A program made the position numbers and the translations under genes. A DNA stretch of 63,896 nucleotides, the filler included, from Rhabdomonas costata (taxonomy: Eukaryota), in the NCBI GenBank assembly GCA_019059605.1. It is 39 parts of 39 records of this genome, joined end to end, with 100 filler letters (N's around TTAATTAATTAA, not from the genome) between each part and the next. Parts side by side here need not be neighbours in the genome. Positions count along the whole stretch, not along the records: positions 1 to 1,540 come from JAHMHO010013433.1; positions 1,641 to 3,177 come from JAHMHO010013434.1; positions 3,278 to 4,819 come from JAHMHO010013435.1; positions 4,920 to 6,461 come from JAHMHO010013436.1; positions 6,562 to 8,102 come from JAHMHO010013437.1; positions 8,203 to 9,744 come from JAHMHO010013438.1; positions 9,845 to 11,388 come from JAHMHO010013439.1; positions 11,489 to 13,030 come from JAHMHO010013440.1; 31 more parts are not named here. One strand, given 5' to 3'. Numbering within the stretch: the first letter of the stretch is position 1; every line of letters begins with the position of its first letter. Positions 1-12,227 of this stretch are shown in pieces. The notes beneath the pieces are model-generated. The model had not been told where the DNA came from, ran no database searches, and saw only the letters and a list, made by a program, of their open reading frames with translations.

Positions 1-310
1 CTTTTTTCGAGAAAAAGTCGAAAACATAACCGAAATTTTTCTTGGATTGTGAATTTAACCAAGCCCAACATCTGTTGCCCAGCAGGTGGTTGCAGAGGAA
101 AAAAGGTGAAACCGAATGCACTCTGGTTGTGAACACCATGACTGGCACAACCTTGCGAGACCAAGAAAAAGCACGAAAATCATCACGGAATGCGGGAACC
201 ATAGGGCGTCCGACTTGTTTAGCGCTGAAAGCCGTCACACATTGCTTTTGGCAAGTTAAAATTTATCAAGTTGCGGTCCAACTGCAAAGGGCGCGGTAAG
301 ATGCGCAGAC

Positions 311-1159
311 CCGAAGCACTTTGCGGACATCCTCCTCCAGAACGCTCCCTGTCAGCAGAATCAGGTCCGCACTCTTCGCGGGGCCCTCGGCGCCGCGCAG
401 GGAGAGCCACCGCCCGTGCACCGCCAGAGCATTCACCGCCTTGCGGTTCAAGTGCGGGGGGTCAGCAACCAGGACACTGAACTTCCCCTCTGGCAGAAAC
501 CGCCACAGGTTTGGTTAGCCGGCTATTGCCCCTCCCCTCCCATCTGACATTTCCGTGCCAGGGCGGTCGGGGGGCGTATGATGCCATTGCTTAATGAACT
601 TGCAAGACAGGATATGACGGACGGATTTCAAAAAAGGACTTCAAGGTTGTGAAAAGTTCAAGCTCAATCCGCCAATTCAATCGTTCAATTAAAATCATAC
701 TGCGAAGGGAAAAAAGGCCAGTGTCATGCGAGAAAAAATTCTGATTCGGCGTCTGGCCTTCTGGCAGTGTGAGAGTCCGTTGCCAAACCTACCTTGGCAT
801 TGGAGGAGCTGTGTCCCTTGCTAGGTTACGCAGCCACTTCAACTTTCGTTCCGATCCCTCTCCCCACCTCTAAAACTGCACCTTTCCCAACTTTTCCTGT
901 AGTGAGCTGCATGGGTCCCCACAGGCTGGGGCCAAAACGATTCGCCCAAACGCATGAACCCGGCCCGTTCACTCAAACAAATTTTGCAACGCGAAGCCGC
1001 GTCTAGCCGAGGAGGGGGGTGGGCAGAAAGTCCTTGCATTCAGAAAGAAAAAGAAACAAAGAAAAGCACACTTAAAGAAGCGGGAAACTGCTCCTCCGGA
1101 GACTTGTAGAGGTCAAAGTGAACAAACTTGTCGCCGAAAATGTCAAACCGATGATCAAA
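311..1159 (-). CDS. EEF1AKMT1: eEF1A lysine methyltransferase 1 (N6AMT2/Efm5 family), partial, 2 exons
   Basis: Exons 1159-1072 and 489-311 join in phase 1 (GTGTGC...CAG) to give FDHRFDIFGDKFVHFDLYKSPEEQFPASLKGKFSVLVADPPHLNRKAV...DLILLTGSVLEEDVRKVL. This matches the family motifs YDxRF-x2-G-x2-F-x2-YD, D-x3-ADPP(Y/F)L and ILLCTG. Confidence 0.85.
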
Positions 1160-1540
1160 CTGGGTGTGCGTGGGTGCATAGGGTGAAGACCGCACTGGTG
1201 GCCTGGTGGCCCAACACCAAGACCGTGGTGTTGGTGCTTGGTACTTACTTAACGTCGACCACAAATTCATTTTTATGTTTAAAGTGCTGCGTCTCGTTAA
1301 CATTAAGCCCCTGTCTCCGAGAGGTTCGAACAAGACATTCAAACAAAAAATCGTCTATCTCAACCACCGCAAGGCATTAATAATAGTTTTCAACATAGAA
1401 CTGTACATAGTGCTTGTTGGTTTGTCAGATTATTGGATAATACGTCGGACTTAGTTTTGCTGTTGCGTCACTGAAGCCTTTGAAACCGTGCGAACCTCTG
1501 TTGCTGCAGTGACGTGACAAGCTTTACCGTGAAAAAAAAC

Positions 1541-1640
1541 NNNNNNNNNNNNNNNNNNNNNNNNNNNNNNNNNNNNNNNNNNNNTTAATTAATTAANNNN
1601 NNNNNNNNNNNNNNNNNNNNNNNNNNNNNNNNNNNNNNNN
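1541..1640. other. Artificial contig-joining spacer N44-TTAATTAATTAA-N44 (first of 38 copies)
   Basis: An identical 100-nt block recurs about every 1.64 kb (e.g. 1541, 3178, 4820, 6462, 8103, 9745 ... 60619, 62259). TTAATTAATTAA is palindromic with stops in all six frames. The inserts are all about 1537-1544 nt, consistent with size-sorted contigs. Confidence 0.99.
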
Positions 1641-4600
1641 CGTGTTTTTGAAGGCACGATATGCGATGTCAGTCACCGTACCTACAGCCTTCGCATATCG
1701 TGCCTTCATAATCACTCTCCAGACACCAGTGTGCTATGGCACTGTGTTTTGTGTGTTTTACGCTCTTGGCTTCCCTTGCAAGTGCGGGAACTCGCATATG
1801 TTTCTCGGACTGATATCCATTGACCCTAAATCATGCGAATGGTGCCGCGTGATGTGTGGGGAATTTAGTTCGCTTATCTGCTCTCACCATGCAAACTTGC
1901 AGAGGCTGTTCCAAGAGCTCGTCCCGTGAGTCCGAAGGAGACGGGAGACGGAACAAGGTAGGCCCTCTTTCCATTCTGTGTGAGACCCTGTGTAGCCAAA
2001 ATGGCCACGCATATAATCTGTTTGCAATTCCACCGATGAGCGATAACTCCTCTATACCCCAAAATGCTCTGTCCTCACCAGCGGAAAGAACACCTGAGGT
2101 ATTCAATCCAGAAGAAGAGCACACCACCATGGAGCAAAGACTTCGCAGACGTTACCTTTGAATAAGAACTGCACAGCTGTGAAGGATATGGGAACCCTGG
2201 GTGAAAGCAGTCGTTGCTAGTTCGGGCTATGTGACCTTGGCTAGACTTTTGATGCACGACGTTACAACCAAGTGTTAAGGTTTTTTGCTTTTGCGGTGGG
2301 GATGTTTCAGTGGTGACGACTAAGTGGTGGCGGTGGTGCAGCGATCCTGGTGTTGCGTGCATGCATAATGCATATACTGCAAGCTGTGTTGTGAACCCCC
2401 TTTTTATGAACGTTTCCATGGTTGTTTGTGGTACGCTTTGGCCCGGCATGGTTCTTTATTATTGTTGTGAAGGAGGTGGTTCGTGGAGAAGCTGAAAGCT
2501 TGCGCAGCGACGTTCAGCGATGCTTTAGCTTAACATATGATACAAAAGTATCACATGATGGAAGTTTGATTGGATATTTTGTCAAGTGTGTGCGGTCTGC
2601 TGTAAAAACAACCGCTTCTCGTGTTCGCAGCACCAGGCAATCGCAGATTCTCTAAGTCGCGGGCCTCTTTGAAAATGTCACCTCGGACACATTATCAAAG
2701 TCAGTCTACCAAAGTTGATAGACATTGTTAGGAACCGCCGCCCTTGCCTGTTACATTACCTATGCATCCTGGCCGCGAAGACAGGCGCAAAGGAAAACCC
2801 AAGCTGCTCATTTCAGCCAAAACGAACCTGACAATAAAAAAACAAAGGCGTATTAATATTTAGTATTTAATATTTTTTTAATTTGTTCAAAGACCTCAAC
2901 GTTAGCCGCCGATCCGTTGATGTTGCCGCACATTGACCCGTGGGGAAAAGAAAACTCTACGACCTTTCCTTTGCAACCCGGGATCCCGGTCCCGTGGGAA
3001 CGAACCTTCGAGTCCTTTTCACGGGCGGAGTCCGATAATTCACGAAAGCCGGCGGAAATCCGAGGCCACGGAAGGCGGATGGCGGATACGAGCGTGCCTA
3101 CCTGAGAAGGGCATAAACCTCTGAGTCAGGCCGTTAACTAGCTTGGTTACCTGGGTTCATCAAAGTCACCCACACCCNNNNNNNNNNNNNNNNNNNNNNN
3201 NNNNNNNNNNNNNNNNNNNNNTTAATTAATTAANNNNNNNNNNNNNNNNNNNNNNNNNNNNNNNNNNNNNNNNNNNNGTGGGTTGTTGTCTGTGATGTGT
3301 TGGAACACTTCTGAAATAAAATGGGATATGCTGACCGGCCCAAACCGGAAAATAGAATTAGTAGGGGGGGGGTGTTGCATGTTTTTCACTTGGTCCGCGA
3401 TCCCTTGAATTTCGTGATTTGACTCATTGGACCCTGTGCCGCGGCGTCGGGGGAGACCAGCTATGTGTATTTGCAGTTCTAATCTTCTCATCCCTGCTCA
3501 CTTGTATCAGGGAAAGGAAATTTGTGGCGCTTTAAAAGGCCTGTGAGACTTTGAATGCGATGAGACACCCAGCTTATTTATGTGTTCGCATGAGTCCAAA
3601 ACCCGTTTTCATTTTCTGAGCAGACCTTCTCTGACTTATCAAGGGGTTTCCTACTTGCGGAGTTTTCACCTCTTTTGCCGCTTCTCCGCTGTGGAGGTGT
3701 GGGCGCCCGTCAGGGCCTGAGATTAACAAAGGATGCAGTTCCAGAGTCTTCATTACCACTCCAAGCGCTTCGCAGGTGCTTCCTCTCTCTCGTGCGTGCC
3801 TCTGGGTGTCCTTTTTGTGCCCAAAACGCTGCTAAATAGGCGCCATTGCTGAGGCCAACTGGCGCAAAATTTTCTCGGCTGATGCGCATTTTTTTGCATG
3901 CCGAAGTGGAGGCCCGAACTTAAATGCAAATCAGCTCTTCTGAGAAAGCTCTCCAACCCAAAATACATCAAACTGGGAAGGATGGCCTGAGAATATAACC
4001 CGCAAACAAGCCACTGGAGCTCAGCTTTCATCCCTCACCAGCCGTGGGTGTGGAATGTGACGGGCTCAGTGCGAAAAAATGAACGGCCCCACGGGTCGGC
4101 CACACGTCCAGTGACAGTCGGCACTGGAAGACGTGCGCGTGCGCAGGGAGGTCGGGCGCAAAGGCGACCCCCTCTCCCGAACGCAAAGAAGCAAATTCAC
4201 TGGTGGAGGCGCCGTGGCGTTCAAAGCTTGATATTCAGTATCCACATCACTGGGGTGTTCATCAACTGGGCTCTTTGTGCTGTCTCTCGTCCAGCCCTGT
4301 GTCTCTTTGCGCAACTCTTTCGCTCGTTACGATGGGATATTTTGGAGGTGACAGTTCCCCCCTCCCATATCTTTATTGAATGCATATCGCTTTTGGCCCC
4401 TTTCTTTTTTCGAGTGCTTGGGGTTGACCCACAGGGGCAGCTGCGAAGGAGCTTTCGCGGAAGTACCCTGGAGTGGGCAATACAACAATCTGCAACCTGC
4501 TCCGCTCGCAGGGCATCCATCCCGCGATCCGTCCTGATCACCTCCCCCCACACCTGCAGGCACGGATCCGGAGAGTTCTCGATCAAAAGGTGTGGGGGGG

Positions 4601-5431
4601 TTTCTCGCTTCTGCTTCGACCCCTCTCACATCCCATCATTTTGAACATCTGAATTAAAAGGGAAGCTGCCGTTCGAAAATAAGACGGCGGCAAGACGGGA
4701 ACCTTGATGCTTCTCAGCGGTCTTCCCGCATCTATGACTGAGTTTTTTTTTGGAAAACCATGCTCATTGCGACTACTCAGCTCAGCTCAGGTGGGACGGT
4801 GGATGTGCGACCAACCAACNNNNNNNNNNNNNNNNNNNNNNNNNNNNNNNNNNNNNNNNNNNNTTAATTAATTAANNNNNNNNNNNNNNNNNNNNNNNNN
4901 NNNNNNNNNNNNNNNNNNNGGGGGGTTGGTAACACCCAGTGTACTCGAGAAATCTTGGGCATGAGAGAAACTTTACTTTTCTTCCATGTTCGTCTGCGTC
5001 CTACACACCGTCTCGCAGTCCTACATACAAGTGCAGTTTCCTTAGTTATTTTCCTTAGTGTGACTCCGGCTGGTTAGGTAGCATGACATACTGTCCCTCA
5101 CGTTGAGGCCCTAAAAAGCTAGTTGCTTCCCCTGAGCATCTCACAGCAGTGTTGCCAGGCATTGGATGCAGGCTCACCAGACTCAACAGACTGACAACCC
5201 TCCGTCTGTCTGTTTGTATACATATGGACTTGCTGTCAAGAGTGGTCATTTGCACACATGGAAATTTTTATCCTTTTACCAGTTGCCATTGGTTTAATTT
5301 CGATGCCCATTATTTTGACGGTGTTTTCTCTCTCTTTTTTTTTTTTGGAATTCGGACACAACCGAAACTTGCCCCTCCAGATCACTCAACAACTACCACA
5401 GACTTGCCGTTTGCACCCACCGGCGTTGCAG

Positions 5432-6461
5432 GTCCTCGGCCTCTCTACGCGACACCGTGGCTCCCCAAGGCTCTGCGCTCGCGGCCCCCGCACGAGATCC
5501 AGGCCTTGCTGTGCCCTGCGTGGGCCAGCTCTGTGGTCGGGGAGATGGGCACCGGGGATCTTCTGCTGATGTTTGGGATGAACGACAGCCGTGCCAAGGT
5601 AAACAGGTTTTTCCAGGGCGGCTCGTGGTTCAGCCACTCAGCCATGGTCATCCGGGATCCGCCCCCAGAGGTATATATGTGTGAGTGCGTTTGCTTTGTC
5701 TTGTCTTGTCTTTTGTGGTGGCGTCAATCCGCTCACTGCTTCACTCCCTGAAACAGTGTTGGTGTTTGTGTGTGTGTGTGTGTTTCGTAATGTGAAAATG
5801 CCGAAAGTGAAGTGATGCAAAGCAGGATGCATTATCCTCCTTCCCGTTGTTTTCGGGTCTTTCCTGAAAACCCTGGAGGGCTGGGCTTTCTCTGAGCGAC
5901 ATCAGATTCCCTCGAAAAGGGCGTTAATGTGCTCAAATTAAAAAACAACACAGTGACAAAATACAAATCCAGAAGGGGTCACCACTCCAATTAGGGCCCC
6001 GAAAAGGAGTGTATGTGTGTGTGTGCGTGCGAGCGTTCGTTTGTCATGTGAATGTGAGCGTAGTGTGGCGAATGAGGCGAGTGCTGCCATCAGAAATGAG
6101 GGGGAACACAAAGTAGGGAAGCCGTTTGTCTGGGGAGGCAGCGGGGTCGAAGAATGAAAGACCGAATGACTTTAAGTGCTCTTATTGATAGATCCATTGT
6201 GCACGGTTTTTTTTGGCCTGGGAGATGGGCTCGTGCCGATGGTGCATGCATGTTTGGGGATGTGGCCCGCAGCTGCTGCAGGCGTACGGCACTCCCCCGG
6301 CGCCCGAGAACGTGTACGTACTGGAGGTCGGCTCGGTTTTCATGGGTACCACGCTGCGGTCGTTCAGCTACTTCCTGCAGCGGCACTACGAGAAGACCTC
6401 CCCGCACTTCATGGTGTGCTGGCGGAAGCTGGTGCTGCCCGGGGCCCCAACCCCACAACCC
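5432..6461 (+). CDS. Permuted papain-like NlpC/P60 amidase (YiiX/YebB, C92-like), partial, 2 exons
   Basis: Exon 5432-5670 (CAG|...|GTATAT) encodes MGTGDLLLMFG...GSWFSHSAMVIRDPPPE. Exon 6273 to contig end encodes LLQAYG...VYVLEVG...GTTLRSFSYFL...MVCWRKL. The GD-hydrophobic, SH-x-AMV and LE motifs are in the order seen in the His-first permuted fold. Confidence 0.7.
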
Positions 6462-8412
6462 NNNNNNNNNNNNNNNNNNNNNNNNNNNNNNNNNNNNNNN
6501 NNNNNTTAATTAATTAANNNNNNNNNNNNNNNNNNNNNNNNNNNNNNNNNNNNNNNNNNNNGGGGGGGGGGGTAAATTTTGCTTGTTCGAAAATCCGATT
6601 CGCAGAGCGGCCAGGGAAAACGATCGGTGTTGTTCTGTGCCCGCCCACCCCCTTCCCTGGTGATGGTGAGGTCAAAGGACGATGGTGTTTACGGGCAACA
6701 CAATCTGCGCACCTTCGTCTTTTTACCGTCACAATCGACTTTTGGGCTCTCGATGATGAATTTTCGAACAAGCAAAATTTACCCCTGCACCCCTCTGAGG
6801 GGATTGAATCAAATTTACCACTGCACATCACTAGAGGCTAGGGCATGGGAACACACTTAATGAATCTCAACAAATGTGGCGCGGGCTCATCCACGTACGT
6901 ACGCGTGCAACTCATCAAACTCATCCAAGTGAAAAATGCTGCGAGTCGTGAGTTCTCAGTTCTGCCCAATACTCAATACTGGTTGCTGTCAGACCCCTGA
7001 CAAATTACCAGGAGATGGGGAGATATGGCGGAGGGGGGGGGGCATGAACAGGCAGACAGGCAAACGAAGTTCAAGTCAATATTTTGCTTGACGTTAGTCT
7101 AACTTGAGCCCAACATTTTGATGTCAGCTTGGAACTACACCAACCGGAAAAATGGGATAAAATCAACACACCTTGAGGTAGAAAAGAGGTCGGGGAATTC
7201 GGGACTCCCGAGCATTGTCCCAGCATCACAACGGACGCCACCAGAATGAGAAGCGTAGTCTTCAGCCTGCCCAAATTTCTGGTTGATGCGATTACCTTCA
7301 TTGGAATGCGGCAAACAAAAACTGCGGAATACAAATAACGGCTCACCCACCACTGCATTTCTAGGTGACGACCTTGAAGACATATATCAGCGCTGTGGAA
7401 AAATGCGCTGCCTCGGAATCCCCTCCCCCTTTCGCAGAGGGTGAGTGGGGGTCCGGTATGGGTTTTCTTTTAATTCGTTGTAGTGCCGTCTATGAATTTT
7501 GTTGCGCTGGAAACGTTTGGGAAGAAGAGTGCTCACAGTCGGAAGAAGAAGAGGAGCGAAGGGAAGGCAGCACCAACGAGCCAACTTTTTCCGAAATGCC
7601 GTGCCCGTCGTTGGAGTGGCGTCACCCTCTGAGTGTATTTTTCTTTTGCTTTTCCGAGTCCTGCAGTTGAACCCCACTAATACACATAGAGAGGCAGGAG
7701 GTGCAGGAAGCAGGGCACCGGTAAAGTACCCGTAAAGCACAGGCCACCTTTTGAGAAGGGGAGGAACCCCATCCGAAGACGGCCCCTTTGTCTCTACGCA
7801 CGAAGTCGAGCGCAACGAAGAACAGAGGGGCAATTGTTCCAACTTTTTAACGGACGTTTGACCACAGGAATGAACCCCTACCCGGCCTCCCGACGCACGT
7901 CAGCAGAGGGTGAGTGAGTTTCTGGAAGGCAATGGTGATTTACAGGTTTAGATCCGTTGTTTGCGTTCAGCCAGTCATATGAAGAAAAAAGCCAAGCGGG
8001 AAACTTTTCTAATGCTTAAATCCAGGGACAAAGCGCTGGTGTTTGTAGACTTAAAACTCTCTCAAGCGCTCTCTTTTTCTCTCTGAATTTCGCAAACACA
8101 CANNNNNNNNNNNNNNNNNNNNNNNNNNNNNNNNNNNNNNNNNNNNTTAATTAATTAANNNNNNNNNNNNNNNNNNNNNNNNNNNNNNNNNNNNNNNNNN
8201 NNTGTGGTTTGGAGGATCCCACTCTCCTTAACATTGTCGACTGCTCTTGCAGCACCTCTTGAGCACCAATCCATGCACACGTATGGATCTTTTATGCAAG
8301 TGAATCAATAAAATGGCACAGATGCCAATCTATTGTGTAGCGAGAAGCGGAACAGGAGAAGGCGAACGAAGAATCTCTCTGGTAAGACAGGGGCCCTTGC
8401 AGCACCCCGCAC

Positions 8413-9105
8413 CTTGAGCTGGCCCTTCATGAAGGAGACGATGGAGACCGTGGAGGCGGACTGCCCGATGTCCACGAAGGCTGTAACCACGGAGGTCTCC
8501 TCGGTCTCTGGCAGCAGGCCCGTCTTGAAGATGCCCCAGTCCAGCGCCGCCGCGGTGGGCTCGTTGATCAGCGCCAGCGGCGACAGCCCTGCGATCTGTA
8601 GAGCCTGGTGCAGCAGCTTCCGTTGGAACGCCGTGAAGTAAACCGGCACGGAGACCACACAGTCCACCACCTTGATTGCGCCGGGCTGCACCCGGGCGTC
8701 CATCGCGGCCTCTCCCTCCGCCAGGGACTTGAAGTTGGTGAACAGCATCCCGATCAGCTCCTCGATCTTGAACCACTTTTCGTCAAACTTGTAGTTGACC
8801 TTCACCTCGATGTATCCATTGCTGTCCGCGCGAAGCTGGTTCTTAACAAACTTCCTCTCGTGGCGACCCGCGTCGGAGTCCAGCTTCACCCCCAGCATGC
8901 GCTTCAGGGAGCCCACGGTGTTCTGCCAGTTCCGGATCGTCATGTCCGCGGCCTTCTCGCCGAGGTACCGCTCCTTCTCTCCAAAGGAGACCATCGAGCA
9001 GCTCTCCCGCTTGCTGACCTCATTGACGATGATGTCGATGCCACCCTTGCGGGCGATCGAGACTACGGAGTTGAGGTTTCCGAAGTCCACGCCGAACACG
9101 GCCAT
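8413..9105 (-). CDS. HSP110: Hsp110/Hsp70-superfamily nucleotide-exchange chaperone, first coding exon (231 codons)
   Basis: MAVFGVDFGNLNSVVSIARKGGIDIIVNEVSKRE...DCVVSVPVYFT...LINEPTAAALDWGIFK...FVDIG is the ATPase domain of the Hsp110/Sse1 type. GC3-rich codons. The exon ends at AAG|GTGCGG (donor 8412). Confidence 0.95.
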
Positions 9106-10701
9106 ATGCCTCCACGCGCGTGTGTGCGGGGTGTGTTTGTGCAAGAAAGCAGGGCCGATGAAAGCCTTACCTTTAAAAGCTCTGCAATTCAAGAAGAAGG
9201 GTCGGTCGGTGGGTTCGGGGTGGGCAGGAGAGCCAGAGGCAGAGGCAGAGATAAGCGCAATTTTGGAACTTGACTGGAGTCGGACCCGTTTGACATCCTT
9301 TGTTCAATATGTGGGAATATAGGTGGGGCTCTAGATAAACGTTCCGACAGGACGACTGTAACTTGGCCTGATCGCCTTCTGGCTCATCAGGGGTGCCCCA
9401 AACAATGGTTCATGTATGTTCAAGCGTGCTAATTCTGTATCCGACAGTGACTTTGGACCTTCTGTTGCGTGGAGCCCAAGTTGCACTCGAACCCAAATTC
9501 GAACAGATCGACATCCCGCAGGCATTCAAACAACAACCGTGTCCTCTTTCCCTGCCCCGTCCAATACTGCTGCACCAGAGGAACATTACAATCAATCGCA
9601 TTGTTTTGCACGTGCCCAGGACATCCGGGGGCTGGCACTAACACCTAGTGAGTGCATCGTCACCAGGTTGACATTCACAAGCACTCCTAAGAGGCCGTTC
9701 AAGCCCCCAGAAGGTCAGTACCAACACCCCCAAACACACCCACANNNNNNNNNNNNNNNNNNNNNNNNNNNNNNNNNNNNNNNNNNNNTTAATTAATTAA
9801 NNNNNNNNNNNNNNNNNNNNNNNNNNNNNNNNNNNNNNNNNNNNGTGTGTGTGGTCCGCGTGCCGGGAACGGTTTCTTTGCTTTTTTGTTTTGACTTCTT
9901 TTTCGCCAGATCAGTGCGTAATTGTTGTCCCTTGTAACTTTTTCGCTTACTTTGAAATTGGGTTGAAGGTTCGCTGCTTCCCCTCCCCCGACCCTTAGGG
10001 GACACTCCAACAAACGTTCGGTTTGGGCTGTGTGTGTTTGTGTGTGAGAGTGATTTTTGTGATTTTTTCGTCGCAGCAGGTTGTCAGAACCCACGGTGAA
10101 GGGGTTCTGAAAGGATGGAAAAGGAAACGTTTTCGGTATAAAGCATTCCGTCTTCTGTTGGAATAGCTCTTCCTGGGCTATGTGGTGTTGTGTTCGACCT
10201 GCGCGGGCCCATGTGCGGGATATTCTACTTCGGTCTCCATTTTATCACCTCTGTGGCGGCATGACTACGGTGTCGAGTCATTCAATTCAATGAGCTGTTT
10301 TTCAGGTTTCCTTGATGGGCTTCCTGAACTTGCGGGTGGAATTTTTGCAACTCCAGGAGCCTTTCCCAGAGGTTTGCTTTCATTATTTTCGTGTTGTGTG
10401 TGAACTCTTCTCTAATAAATGGGTGTTTTGTCTCAATGTCACATTGCTAATCATGTTTCTGGAAAGTCGGGGTGTTGAGCGGTGGTGATAACCCATAACC
10501 CATCGACTTGACCCAGATGAGTTTTCACCAAAGCAGCAATCGTTTGCAAGTTAATTCCTCTTCTTAGCTCGAAGGATAACGTGACTGATGCCTCGTGTGT
10601 CATTCTTCGTAATCACTATCGGTGCTATACACTGGGCATTTGGATGGTTTCGTGTGGTTTGTAGAGACACCGTTCATGCCTGTCGCGATCGGTTCGTTCA
10701 G

Positions 10702-11141
10702 GACGCAAGCCAGGCCCCACGGTGTCACGGCCAAGCTCTCGAGGCAGTTCCACAGAGTCGGCGAGTCAAATTCGGCGGCTGTCGTCGCTGCTCAGCTCGC
10801 GCGGAGGTGGAGAGCAGTCTGCCTCCCGTGTCCCTCGGCTGGTGGTGAGCTCCCTGGACCAGGCAGCCCTGGAATCTCCCGCGGAGCTGGACCTGCTGGC
10901 CTGCTACTGCAGTGAGGGCACCCCTCCCTCCCTCCCCTTAAACCGTCCGCGCGGCAGCTCCCGCTTGCGCAGCGAGAGGAGTGACCGGGGGGCAAGGGGT
11001 CCGCCGTCCTTCAGGGAAGTCCCTCCAGGGTTTTCTCGATCGCTCACCCCGCCCCAGCTGAGCTCTCGTGGCAGTGCTACTTCCACTCCTCTTCGGCCCC
11101 CGATGCATTTCGGTACTTCCCCAGGCGGAGCTCGCCTTCCG
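10702..11141 (+). CDS. Probable exon of a Ser/Arg/Pro-rich hypothetical protein
   Basis: GC-rich open frame (ORF 10722-11177) bounded by TTCAG| and |GTACGT. No recognisable domain. Confidence 0.35.
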
Positions 11142-11969
11142 GTACGTTGTTGGCGTGCACGCTGCTTCGGCCCTTAACCAATTGAATCCATCGAGCTTTT
11201 CGGCAAGCATCTTCACAGCTTGTTTGGGGGTCGCTGCTGATATGCGCAGGGGAGGGGTAGTTTTTGTTTCTGCCTTTATATAATAGGTGAGCTGAGTTTT
11301 ATGATAGAGTGCAGGTGGTGTAAATTAGCCTTTGAGTCACAAATTTCTGAACATGGAGTTCAGGAGACCTTTTTTGGAATGGGTCAGCNNNNNNNNNNNN
11401 NNNNNNNNNNNNNNNNNNNNNNNNNNNNNNNNTTAATTAATTAANNNNNNNNNNNNNNNNNNNNNNNNNNNNNNNNNNNNNNNNNNNNGGGTTTGGTGAG
11501 TGCTTCTTGGTCGTCATGTTGTCTTTCATTGTGTCCACGCATCCTCGGAATCCTGTGAGGAGGAATCTGGTGTTGAATTTGGTTCTGTGCCGGAGTTTGA
11601 ACTGGACGTTGTGGTAACAAGTATATAATTAATTTTCTTCAGCAGTGCTTTTCAGAAATTGCTTCTGTTCCGGTGCTAAAGTCCAGAAGAGTGGCACCCA
11701 TTCCCGCTCTTCGGTCTTTTACAAACGAGCCGAGCCTACTGAGAAAGAGACAGAAAGCGAAGCCTTTGAGCAGACAACTTGTTTCGTGCCCCTGTTTTTA
11801 AAAAAATACAGCTTCAAATAGTGTATACTCGTTTTATGCCTGAAAAAGGCTGGATTTTTTCGCGCCCCACACGACAAAAACGACTCAATTTCGCCTCGGG
11901 AGTGCGCTGTTGTGCGGATGTGCGGAACCAGTAACCGCACCTTGCTGCCTTTTGGCATTCCCTTTTCAG

Positions 11970-12227
11970 GTTAACGTTCGGCTTGAAAGTCATGCACAGG
12001 CCTTGCGAAATTACAATACTGCCGTGCTATCCGCAACTGCCACAGCCAAAGAGCTTCTCCAACAGCTCTCGGGTCAACCTGGACGGCACATTGCGGCCCC
12101 AGGCCCTGAGAACGACCATCCCGAACTGCCGCTTGTTCTTCCTGAACCCCAAGAGCTGAACCTCCGTCCCCTTTTACAAGAGCTTGGCTTGGGCAATACC
12201 AATAGCGACTTCTCGCTCTGCTCATGA
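11970..12227 (+). CDS. Probable terminal exon of a hypothetical protein
   Basis: Acceptor CCTTTTCAG| followed by VNVRLESHAQALRNYNTAVLSATATAKELLQQL...DFSLCS and TGA. Confidence 0.4.
   Translation, partial: VNVRLESHAQALRNYNTAVLSATATAKELLQQLSGQPGRHIAAPGPENDHPELPLVLPEPQELNLRPLLQELGLGNTNSDFSLCS

Noticed and set aside
7625..7650. Resemblance to a euglenid spliced-leader sequence (CTGAGTGT...TTTT)
   Set aside because: The match is short, with no following GT donor or SL RNA structure.
8608..9273. Long plus-strand ORFs opposite Hsp110, plus ORFs containing X runs or ending in LIN
   Set aside because: These are antisense shadows of a GC3-rich gene, or frames running into the spacer.
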